Shown: piece by piece, positions 42,907 through 51,287 of the stretch
Layout: the number at the start of each line of letters is the position of its first letter
Position numbering within the stretch: position 1 is the stretch's first letter
DNA from: an uncultured Actinomycetes bacterium
GTDB lineage: Bacteria; Actinomycetota; Thermoleophilia; UBA2241
Direction: 5' to 3'
DNA: 64,000 nt
NCBI GenBank assembly: GCA_963767005.1
Contig: CAVYCN010000006.1
Location: forward strand, 160,001-224,000
Notes under the pieces: generated by a model
What the model was told of the DNA's origin: nothing
Seen by the model: only the letters and a program-made list of their open reading frames with translations
Database searches by the model: none
Made by a program: the position numbers and the translations under genes

Positions 42907-44145
42907 ATGGACATGAAGATCCGGGTGCATCGCTCGCCCAAGACGCTGATCACCGGCGTCGACGCGATCACGCAGCTCGGCGCCGAGGTGTCGGCGCTGC
43001 GCGCCAAGAAGGCGCTCATCATGACCGATCCCGGCGTGGCCGAGAGCGGCATGGTCGAGACCGTCGAGCGGCCGCTGATCGACGCGGGCATCGAGGTCGG
43101 CGTCTACTCCAAGTGCGTGCCCGAGCCGCCGATGAGCAGCCTCGAAGACGGCGTGCGCTTCTGCGAGGAAGGCCACTACGACTGCATCGTCGGCTTCGGC
43201 GGCGGCTCGGCGATCGACGTCGCCAAGATCACCTCTGTGCTCGTCGGCCGCGACGAGTCGGTCGAGTCGATGGTGGGCATCGACAAGGTGCCGAAGAAGG
43301 GCCTGCCGATCGTCGCGGTGCCGACCACGGCCGGCACCGGCTCCGAGGTGACGGCCATCGCCATCTTCGCCAACGAGAAGCTGAACGTGAAGCAGGGCGT
43401 CGTGTCGGGCTTCCTCATCCCGAACATCGCCCTCGTCGACCCCATGCTCACCATCACCTGCCCGCCGCACGTCACGGCGGCCTCGGGCATGGACGCCCTC
43501 ATCCACTGCATCGAGTCGTACACGTCGGTCAACGCCACGATGCACACCGACCCGCTCGCCCGTGAGGGCATCGAGCTGATCTCCAAGAGCATCCGCACAG
43601 CCGTGTTCGACGGCAGCAACGTCGAGGCGCGCTTCGGCATGGCGATGGGCTCGCTGCTCGGCGGCCTCGCCTTCGCGAACGCCGGCGTGACCGCGGTGCA
43701 CGCCCTCTCGTACCCGATCGGCGGCACGTTCCACGTGCCCCACGGCGTCGCCAACACGCTCATGCTGCCGTGGGTCATGGAGTACAACATGCTCGCCTGC
43801 CTCGACTACTTCTCCGAGATCGCGGTAGCGATGGGCCAGAACATCCAGGGGCTGTCGGTGCGCGACGCAGCGGCGCAGTCGGTCGAGGCCATGAGGCAGC
43901 TCGCGATCGACATCCAGGTGCCGCAGTACCTGTCCGACGTCGACATCCCCGAGTCGGCCATCGAAGAGCTCGCCGACGGCGCCATGACCCAGGCCCGTCT
44001 GCTCGTCAACAACCCGCGGCGCCTCACGCGCGACGACATCGTGCAGATCTACCACAACGCCGCCGTGCGCCCCGGCGCCGCGCCGGTCGCCAGCAACGGC
44101 AAGGCCAAGACGGCCGTCAGGACGACGGCCAAGTCGGCCAAGTAG
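42907..44145 (+). CDS. Iron-containing alcohol dehydrogenase (candidate 4-hydroxybutyrate dehydrogenase)
   Basis: GGGSAID, PTTAGTGSE, DALIH, HALSYP, HGVAN. Confidence 0.88.
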   Translation: MDMKIRVHRSPKTLITGVDAITQLGAEVSALRAKKALIMTDPGVAESGMVETVERPLIDAGIEVGVYSKCVPEPPMSSLEDGVRFCEEGHYDCIVGFGGGSAIDVAKITSVLVGRDESVESMVGIDKVPKKGLPIVAVPTTAGTGSEVTAIAIFANEKLNVKQGVVSGFLIPNIALVDPMLTITCPPHVTAASGMDALIHCIESYTSVNATMHTDPLAREGIELISKSIRTAVFDGSNVEARFGMAMGSLLGGLAFANAGVTAVHALSYPIGGTFHVPHGVANTLMLPWVMEYNMLACLDYFSEIAVAMGQNIQGLSVRDAAAQSVEAMRQLAIDIQVPQYLSDVDIPESAIEELADGAMTQARLLVNNPRRLTRDDIVQIYHNAAVRPGAAPVASNGKAKTAVRTTAKSAK

Positions 44146-44189
44146 AAGGGCCGACGGCGCTCCCGCTTCACTGCGCCGGCGCCGGTACG

Positions 44190-44235
44190 CAAACGGGCCG
44201 GGCGGGCCGCTGCAGCGGCCCGCCCGGCCCGTTTG
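44190..44235. terminator. Bidirectional terminator between convergent genes
   Basis: Perfect 46-bp palindrome caaacgggccgggcgggccgctgcagcggcccgcccggcccgtttg. Confidence 0.8.
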
Positions 44236-44295
44236 TTCGTCCGGCGGATCCCGCACCCAGGGCCGGCTGGAGCCGGCTCCAGCTGCCGACAGGAC

Positions 44296-45360
44296 TCAGG
44301 CCCGCGCCACCACCTGCTCGATCACATCGACGACGATGTCGCCGGCCCGCTCGATCGCTTCGTCGTCGAGATCGAGGTGTGTGACGAAGCGCACCGACCA
44401 CGGCGCCTCATCCAGGCCCCACACGCCGCGGGCGGAGAGCAGCTCGACGACGCGCGCCGCCGGCAGACCGGTGCCGTGCGTGTCGGCGAAGACCATGTTG
44501 GTCTGCAGCTTGCGCTCGTCGACGGCGAGGCCGGGCACCCGCGCGAGGCGCTCGCCCAGCGCTCGCGCGCGGCGGTGGTCGTCGGCCAGACGCTCGACGT
44601 TGTGCTGCAGCGCGTAGAGGCCACCGGCGGCGATGATGCCGGCCTGGCGCATGCCGCCGCCGAACAGCTTGCGGGCGCGCTGGGCGCGCGCGATCGTCGC
44701 CGCGCTCGCGAGCAGCACCGAGCCGACCGGCGCCCCGAGGCCCTTCGAGAGGCAGACGCTGACCGAGTCGTAAGGCGCGACGATGTCGGGCAGCGCCATG
44801 CCGGTCGCGACGGCGGCGTTGCAGACACGCGCGCCGTCCAGGTGCAGGAGCATGCCGCGACGGTCGCAAAAGGCGCGCAGCTCGGTGACCTTGGCGAACG
44901 GGTACACGACGCCGCCGCAGTAGTTGTGCGTGTTCTCGACGGCGACCAGCGTCGTGCGCGGGTGGTGCACGTCGTCGTCGACGTGGAAGTAGTGCTCGAG
45001 CAGATCGAGGTCGAGGGTGCCGTCGTCGGAGTCGAAGGTGCGCGTCTGCAGGCCCGACAGCACGGCGGCGCCGCCCTGCTCGTTCTCGACGATGTGCGCC
45101 TTGGCGTGCAGGAAGACCTCGTCGCCCGGGGTCGTCTGGGCGTGGAGCGCGATCTGGTTGGACATGGTGCCCGACGGCACGTAGAGCGCCGCCTCTTTGC
45201 CGAAGAGCTCGGCGGCGTAGTCCTGCAGGCGGATGACCGTGGGGTCATCGCCCAGCACGTCGTCGCCGACCTCGGCCTCGGCCATGGCCCGGCGCATCTC
45301 GGGCGACGGTCGCGTGACGGTGTCGCTGCGCAGGTCGATCGGGCGTTCCGGTTCACTCAT
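44296..45360 (-). CDS. ltaE: Low-specificity L-threonine aldolase
   Basis: [43 protein letters not shown]. Confidence 0.94.
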   Translation of the reverse strand: MSEPERPIDLRSDTVTRPSPEMRRAMAEAEVGDDVLGDDPTVIRLQDYAAELFGKEAALYVPSGTMSNQIALHAQTTPGDEVFLHAKAHIVENEQGGAAVLSGLQTRTFDSDDGTLDLDLLEHYFHVDDDVHHPRTTLVAVENTHNYCGGVVYPFAKVTELRAFCDRRGMLLHLDGARVCNAAVATGMALPDIVAPYDSVSVCLSKGLGAPVGSVLLASAATIARAQRARKLFGGGMRQAGIIAAGGLYALQHNVERLADDHRRARALGERLARVPGLAVDERKLQTNMVFADTHGTGLPAARVVELLSARGVWGLDEAPWSVRFVTHLDLDDEAIERAGDIVVDVIEQVVARA

Positions 45361-45410
45361 CGCGTGTCCTCCGTGCTCGGCGGCCCCTCGGCCGGAGCGT
45401 CAATGATACG

Positions 45411-46070
45411 TCAGGAACCGCCCGGCACCGGGGGCGCCGCCGGGCGGCGCAGCCCGGCGACCGCCCGCCGCCCCAGGCGCACGATCACGTTGACCAGGGC
45501 GATCGCGGCGAGGCCGCCGAACAGCAGCAGCTTGCGGCCGAGCGGCATCGGGGTCCAGTAGTCGGCGACCTGGGCGTTCACCTCGGCGCCCAGGTGGAAG
45601 TCCTTGGGCCAGTGGAACACGTAGTGGCCGTGCTGCCGCACGGCGAGCTGCACGCCGGGGTTCTCGATGGCCGTGTTCACGTGGCCGGGGTAGTCGACCC
45701 AGATGTGGTCGAACGACATGCGCAGCTGATAGGGGATGTGCTTGTAAGCGAGGATACTCGCGAGCACGACGGCCCGGCTCTCGCAGTCGCCGCGACCCTG
45801 GGCGAGCGCCTCGCGCGTGGTGGGGAAGTACCAGGGCACCCCGGCCGTCTGCCAGTCGTAGGCGTAGGGCACGACGCGGGTGAGCACGGCCTGCTCGATC
45901 AGGCGGGGATCGTTGGGCAGCGTGCGGGCGATCGGCGCCACGGCGGCCGGGTCGATCACGGGATGCTCGATGTGCTCGATGCTGCGCACCAGCAGCAGCG
46001 GGTCCGGGTAGAGCACGAAGAAGAAGAACACGAGGCCTGCCGCCACGCGCAGCTTTCGCGAGACCTTCAT
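45411..46070 (-). CDS. Membrane-anchored transglutaminase-like protein
   Basis: GRGDCESRA (Cys), DHIWV (His); TM helix at each terminus. Confidence 0.7.
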   Translation of the reverse strand: MKVSRKLRVAAGLVFFFFVLYPDPLLLVRSIEHIEHPVIDPAAVAPIARTLPNDPRLIEQAVLTRVVPYAYDWQTAGVPWYFPTTREALAQGRGDCESRAVVLASILAYKHIPYQLRMSFDHIWVDYPGHVNTAIENPGVQLAVRQHGHYVFHWPKDFHLGAEVNAQVADYWTPMPLGRKLLLFGGLAAIALVNVIVRLGRRAVAGLRRPAAPPVPGGS

Positions 46071-46128
46071 GATCTTCAGTGTACCCGCCGCGCGGCGGCG
46101 CGTGCGACGTGGGTCGCGCGCCCGTGCC

Positions 46129-47328
46129 CTACAGGCGGGCGGTCACCCAGTGGACGGCGCTGTGCAGGTCGTAGCCGATCTTGCCGAGCAGCCCGACGCG
46201 GCCGAACGACGCGGCCGCGACCAGACGCACGGTGCCGATGCTGCGACCGTCGGCGAAGGCCTGGACCGTGCCGAGCGCCTGTCCCTGCGTGACCGGCAGC
46301 GAGACGCGGGCCGGCGCCACGACCTTCGTCGTGACCCTGGCGCCGATGCGCAGCGACGTCCGGAGGGCGGCGGCGGGGACCAGGTCGAGCTTGTCCGAGT
46401 GCCAGGGCACGTCGGCGTGTGCGAAGACCGTGCCCGACGGCCAGGCGCTGCGCATGCGGTACCGGCTCGCCGACCAGCGGAACAGTGCGAGGGCGTCGGC
46501 GACGCGGTGGGCGTCGTCGGGTTCGCCGAGGAGCGTGACGAAGATGTCGTGGCCGCGCACGTGGCCGGCCGCCACGATGCAGTAGCCGGCGCCGTCGGTC
46601 CAGCCGGTCTTCACCCCGTAGACCCAGTGGTCGTCCTCCATCAGCTCGTTGTGGCTGACGAGCACGCGGTCGTAGGGGTGGTGGGCCCAGGGGATCGTCG
46701 CCGTGTAGTGGTCGACGTAGCCGGCAAAACGCGGATCGCTCATGGCGATGCGGGCCAGGTGAGTGAGGTCGAGGGCGCTCGTGTAGTGACCGCGCTGATC
46801 GAGGCCGTGCGGGTTGGCGTAGTGCGTGTTGGTCAGGCCGAGCTCGTGCGCCTTCGCGTTCATGAGGGCGACGAACGCGGTCTGGCTGCCGGCCACCGCG
46901 TCGGCAAGGTCGGCGGCCGCGTCGTTTGCGCTCTGGATGAGCAGCGCCTGCAGGAGCTCGTCGACCGTGAGCCTCTCGCCGAGCTGCAGGTAGATCTCGT
47001 CCTCGCCGACGCCGACCGCGTCGCGCCGCGCCCTGACGACCGTGTCGAGGTTGCGAAAGTGCTCGAGCACGAGCAAGCCGGTCATGATCTTGGTGGTCGA
47101 GGCCATCGGCAGCCGCTCGTTGGCGCTCTGGGAGGCGAGCACCACGCCGGTCTGCTGGTCCATGACCACGTAAGCCTTGGCGCTGACGGCCGGCGGCGGG
47201 GCGGCCACCGCCAGCGGCGGCCGCCCCGCCGCCGCCGCCAGCACGGCGACGACGGCGATGAGCCCGACGGCAAGCGGACCGAGCCACCGTCGTCGTGGCG
47301 CCGAGGCACTGCGGGGGGAGCGGAGCAT
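46129..47328 (-). CDS. D-alanyl-D-alanine carboxypeptidase (peptidase S11)
   Basis: Signal peptide, STTK (SxxK), SAN (SxN), KTG, NPHGL. Confidence 0.92.
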   Translation of the reverse strand: MLRSPRSASAPRRRWLGPLAVGLIAVVAVLAAAAGRPPLAVAAPPPAVSAKAYVVMDQQTGVVLASQSANERLPMASTTKIMTGLLVLEHFRNLDTVVRARRDAVGVGEDEIYLQLGERLTVDELLQALLIQSANDAAADLADAVAGSQTAFVALMNAKAHELGLTNTHYANPHGLDQRGHYTSALDLTHLARIAMSDPRFAGYVDHYTATIPWAHHPYDRVLVSHNELMEDDHWVYGVKTGWTDGAGYCIVAAGHVRGHDIFVTLLGEPDDAHRVADALALFRWSASRYRMRSAWPSGTVFAHADVPWHSDKLDLVPAAALRTSLRIGARVTTKVVAPARVSLPVTQGQALGTVQAFADGRSIGTVRLVAAASFGRVGLLGKIGYDLHSAVHWVTARL

Positions 47329-47356
47329 CCTGGAGGCTAGTGTATACTCCCCGGCC

Positions 47357-48115
47357 ATGCAGATGAACGGACGCCTCGCGCTCCTTCAGCGCATCGGTCG
47401 GCTTCTGCGCGCCAAGGAATTCCTGGTCTTCTTCGCGATCGCCCTCGGCGTGCTCGACTTCTGCGCGCCGCTCGCGACCGGCTGGCTGTTCCGGCACCGC
47501 TCGCTGGCCACGCTGCTCGGCACCCAGAACACCGTGGTCGGCGACGCGGCGGCCGGCCGCCGCGCGGCCGTGGTCGGCGTCGCCCTCGTCTACCTGTTCG
47601 TCTCGGCGTTCTTCACGGCCGGGTACCTGCGCTCGCTGCTCGGCAGCTTCCACTGGGGGCCGCGCGACGGCCGCCAGTTCGGCCGGCTCCTCGGTCTGAC
47701 CGCGCTGACCCAGGCGATCTGGTGGGGGCTCGCTGCTTTCTCGCAGGAGGCCGGCGGACTCGGCCAGGCGGAGCTGCCGCTGCTGTTCGTCGTGCAGCTC
47801 GCGGTCTACGTGCCGCTGCTATATGCCGACTACGCCATCGTGGCGAGCAACGTCGGTGTCTGGCGAGCGCTCGTGCGCTCGACGCAGACCTTCGTCGCGA
47901 ACGCGTTCGTGTCGGTGTTCGTGCTGCTCGTCGTGTTCGAGGCCTCGATCGTGCTCTGGCAGCTCCTGCCGGGCACGTCGGGGTCGGCCCTCGACCTCTC
48001 CCCCACGGCGCTCATCCACGTGCTGGTCGCGGGCAGCATCAACTTCCTCTCCGACGTCGTGCTGCTCAGCGTGTACATCGACTCCATCGAGCGGGGAACA
48101 ATCCCCCCCGAGTAG
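47357..48115 (+). CDS. Hypothetical polytopic membrane protein
   Basis: About 6 hydrophobic helices; TATACT 8 nt upstream of the ATG. Confidence 0.7.
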   Translation: MQMNGRLALLQRIGRLLRAKEFLVFFAIALGVLDFCAPLATGWLFRHRSLATLLGTQNTVVGDAAAGRRAAVVGVALVYLFVSAFFTAGYLRSLLGSFHWGPRDGRQFGRLLGLTALTQAIWWGLAAFSQEAGGLGQAELPLLFVVQLAVYVPLLYADYAIVASNVGVWRALVRSTQTFVANAFVSVFVLLVVFEASIVLWQLLPGTSGSALDLSPTALIHVLVAGSINFLSDVVLLSVYIDSIERGTIPPE

Positions 48116-48129
48116 CAGGGAAGGTGACC

Positions 48130-48447
48130 ATGGCGATCGTCAGGCAGGGCAGGGAGCTCGAGCGCGGCGTCGAGCGCCAGATCACGTTGCAGGTCGGACC
48201 GCTCGCAGGCGTCGACGTCCGACCCAGCCGCATCTTCGTGTGGTACGGCACCGAGCGCACCGAGAACGAGCGCATCGTGTCGCTCGAGCGCGCGCCGCGG
48301 GTGCTGCGCCGGCCTCACTCGCGCCGGTACCTGCAGTTGCCGGGGGTGCAGGTGTCGTACCTCGGCAACCCGGCGGTCACCCTCGCCCTCGCCTCGGGCG
48401 CCTGGTACCGTCGCCTGCGCGACGCCGTGGTGGGCCCGCCGTCCTGA
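48130..48447 (+). CDS. Hypothetical protein
   Basis: MAIVRQGRELERGVERQ..., 105 aa, GGAAGG upstream. Confidence 0.6.
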   Translation: MAIVRQGRELERGVERQITLQVGPLAGVDVRPSRIFVWYGTERTENERIVSLERAPRVLRRPHSRRYLQLPGVQVSYLGNPAVTLALASGAWYRRLRDAVVGPPS

Positions 48448-48600
48448 CCCCGGGTGCCGGGCCGTGAGACGCGCTTCCCACTCCGTCGCCGGTCGTCTCG
48501 CCCCCGCCGGCGGTCGCGGTGTTGTCCGGTCAGACAGCGGGAGCGACCGCCGTTGTGGCCGCTGCTGGAGTATCATCATGGTTCGAGCTGGTGAGGGCCC

Positions 48601-49539
48601 ATGGGGCAGGTGGGGGGCAAGGTGATCGATCAGCCGCTGCGCGTCCCGAGTTCGCAGCTCTGGGAGCACGCCGAGCAGGTCGAACCGTACTGGGTATACG
48701 AGCGCCGCAGGCGCCGACGGCGCCTGCTCCTGTCGCTCTCGCTCACCCTCGCGCTCGTCGCCGCCTGCCTGGCCGGCTTCACGGTGCTGAACGCGCGCCA
48801 GAACTATGCCGCCGGCAAGCGCGCCCTGCTGGCCGGCGAGTACGACCTCGCCATCAGGCGCCTCGGCGCGGCCACCATCCTCGGCCGGCCCTGGGCTAAT
48901 TCCCGCACGCTGCTCAGCGAGGCGCTGACACTTACGAACGGGCAGGTCCGCGAGCAGAGCACCCTGTTGAGCGACGAACCGCCCACGCCGGACACGCTCA
49001 CGCTGCGCCAGGCGGCGGCGCTCTTTGCGACCGGGCACTACGCGGCCGCTCGCGACATGGTCGCCGACCTGCAGGTGCGGCTGCCGACGGCCGCCGCCGC
49101 GCGCCTCGCCCAGACGAGCAACACCGCCGTCTCGAGCCTGCTGCTGCTCGTCACCGCCGAGCGCCTGCTGGCCGCCGGCGACTGGCGCACCGCCGCGACC
49201 GACGCGACCCTCGTGCTCGCTCATTACCCGCGTTGCTCCCTCGCGTCGGCCCTGGCGACCGAGGCGGCGCACCGCGGCGCGGCCGCGCCGCTCTTCGCGC
49301 GCGCCACGAGCCTCGCCGACGGGCGCCGCTGGATCCTGGCGCGCAGAGCGCTGCGGCAAGCCCTCTCGGCCGACCCCGCGTACCCGGGCGCGGCGACGCT
49401 GCTGGCACGCATCGACAACGCTATCGCCGCCCGCAACGCGGCGCGGGCGGCGGCGACCTCGTCGTCATCGTCATCGTCGTCGAGCGGCAGCTCCACCACG
49501 ACGAGCCCGCCGTCCACCACGACGCCGCCGCCGCCGTGA
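48601..49539 (+). CDS. Membrane-anchored TPR-like protein with Ser/Thr/Pro tail
   Basis: Arg-rich stretch plus single TM helix, Ala-rich helical repeats, C-terminal SSSSSSSSGSSTTTSPPSTTTPPPP. Confidence 0.7.
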   Translation: MGQVGGKVIDQPLRVPSSQLWEHAEQVEPYWVYERRRRRRRLLLSLSLTLALVAACLAGFTVLNARQNYAAGKRALLAGEYDLAIRRLGAATILGRPWANSRTLLSEALTLTNGQVREQSTLLSDEPPTPDTLTLRQAAALFATGHYAAARDMVADLQVRLPTAAAARLAQTSNTAVSSLLLLVTAERLLAAGDWRTAATDATLVLAHYPRCSLASALATEAAHRGAAAPLFARATSLADGRRWILARRALRQALSADPAYPGAATLLARIDNAIAARNAARAAATSSSSSSSSSGSSTTTSPPSTTTPPPP

Positions 49540-51194
49540 CGCGGTCGCGCCTCACCTGCGCGCTCCGGGCGACCGCTGGGGCGTGCGCCGGCCTCGCCAT
49601 AGCCGGGGCGCTGACCCTGTCCGGCGGAGCGCCGGCCGGCGCCGCACCGGCGGCTGCCGCGACGGCGCGTGTCGCCGCGGCGGTGAGCATCGCCGCCGCG
49701 CCCGGCTGGACCAGGCTGCCCGACCCGTTCGGCACGACGGCGACCGCCACGCGCATCGCCACGTTCGGCACCGCCGGCGTGGCCGTGACCGGCGCCGGTG
49801 GGACCATCGCGATCAGCACGGACGGTGGCGCTCACTGGAAGCTGCGCGCCCTGCCGGCCGGCGGCTCGCCGGTCACCGACGTCGCCTTCAGCGACGCCAC
49901 GCACGGCTGGGCGATCGGGCCGGCCGACGTGGTCGATGAGACGACCAACGGCGGGGCTACCTGGACGAAGTCCGCCCAGACCGGCGCCTTCGACGCCATC
50001 GCCGCGGCGGCCGGCGCCTCGCTCGTCTGCGCGCTCGCGCCCTCGTCGGTCCTGACCGCCACCGTGCTCGATCCCCCGACCTTCACGGCCGAGGCGACCG
50101 GCCTGACCGCCTATCCCACGGCGCCGGCGGCGATCGTCGCCGGGCAGGGCGGCTTCGCCGCCGCGACCGGCGCGAACGGCGCCCTCATCGTGCGCGCGAG
50201 CGACGGCTCGTGGGCGGCCCAGGACTCGACCCAGGACGGCCTTACCACTCCGGTGGCCCTCGCGCTCGCGCCGGCGCAGGTGTGGGGCAACGGCACGCCC
50301 GACCTGTTCGCGGTGAGTGCGACCACGACCCAGGGCAGCGACGACGAGGGTGCGTCGTTCCAGGCGCTGCCGGCGCGCCCCTCGGCGGCCGGCGCGCACG
50401 AGCAGCGCTGCGCCGCCGTCCTGGGGGCGCCGAGCCCCCAGCTGCTCGTCGGCGGCCAGGACGGCCTGCTCGAGCGCTACGTGCTCGCGAGCGGCACGTG
50501 GAGCGTCGACAGCGGCCCCCTCAAGACCACGATCGTCTCGTGCGCCGCCGGCGCCGGCGGCGTGGCCTACGCGCTCACGTCCGACGGCCAGGTCGAGCGC
50601 ACACTGTCGTACGGCGCGGCGCCCTTCACCCTGAGCGCCTCCGCGAGCAAGCTCACGGCGGGCAGCACGGTGACGCTCACCTGCGCCACGGCTGCACGTG
50701 CCCCCGGCACGCTGGCCCTGCAGGCGCGCGCCGGCAGCGGCGCCTGGAAGACCCGGCAGTCGTGGGCCTGGTCGTCGGACCCGCCCGGCGTCGGCGCCGT
50801 CACCCTGCGGCCGCTCGCCACCACACAGTACCGCCTGCGCTTCGTCTACGGGGGGCAGGCGGCGGTCACGAGCGCCGCGGTCACCGTGGGCGTGCGGCCG
50901 CGTCTCACCGTCTCCCCCGCCGCGGTGCACGTCTCGGTCGGCTCGACGTACCGCCTGCGCGGCACCATCTATCCCGCGCAGCCGGGCCGCAGCGTCACGA
51001 TCTGGACCAACCGCGGCGGCTCCTGGCACCGGGTGTCCGTCGGCGGGGTCGTGGCTCTCGTGAACGGCACGACGTACCGGACGCGCCTGTTCGGCACGCC
51101 GGTCAGGGAGACCTACCACCTGCAGGTGCGACTGGCCGGCAACGCCTGGTTCCTGCCGGTGCTGTCCGCCGGCGTGAAGGTGACCGTCTCGTAG
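49536..51194 (+). CDS. Secreted YCF48/BNR-repeat beta-propeller protein with Ig-like C-terminus
   Basis: Signal peptide, Asp-box-like STDGGAHW, TTNGGATW, SDDEGASF; GTGA overlap with the upstream gene. Confidence 0.75.
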   Translation: MTRSRLTCALRATAGACAGLAIAGALTLSGGAPAGAAPAAAATARVAAAVSIAAAPGWTRLPDPFGTTATATRIATFGTAGVAVTGAGGTIAISTDGGAHWKLRALPAGGSPVTDVAFSDATHGWAIGPADVVDETTNGGATWTKSAQTGAFDAIAAAAGASLVCALAPSSVLTATVLDPPTFTAEATGLTAYPTAPAAIVAGQGGFAAATGANGALIVRASDGSWAAQDSTQDGLTTPVALALAPAQVWGNGTPDLFAVSATTTQGSDDEGASFQALPARPSAAGAHEQRCAAVLGAPSPQLLVGGQDGLLERYVLASGTWSVDSGPLKTTIVSCAAGAGGVAYALTSDGQVERTLSYGAAPFTLSASASKLTAGSTVTLTCATAARAPGTLALQARAGSGAWKTRQSWAWSSDPPGVGAVTLRPLATTQYRLRFVYGGQAAVTSAAVTVGVRPRLTVSPAAVHVSVGSTYRLRGTIYPAQPGRSVTIWTNRGGSWHRVSVGGVVALVNGTTYRTRLFGTPVRETYHLQVRLAGNAWFLPVLSAGVKVTVS

Positions 51195-51287
51195 CAGACG
51201 CTCAGGGCACTGCCCGAGCCGCGCTGAACCTCATCCCCGCAGGTCCTCACCCAGGGCAGGGCTTCGCTTGGGCAGGCCCCCAGAGTG

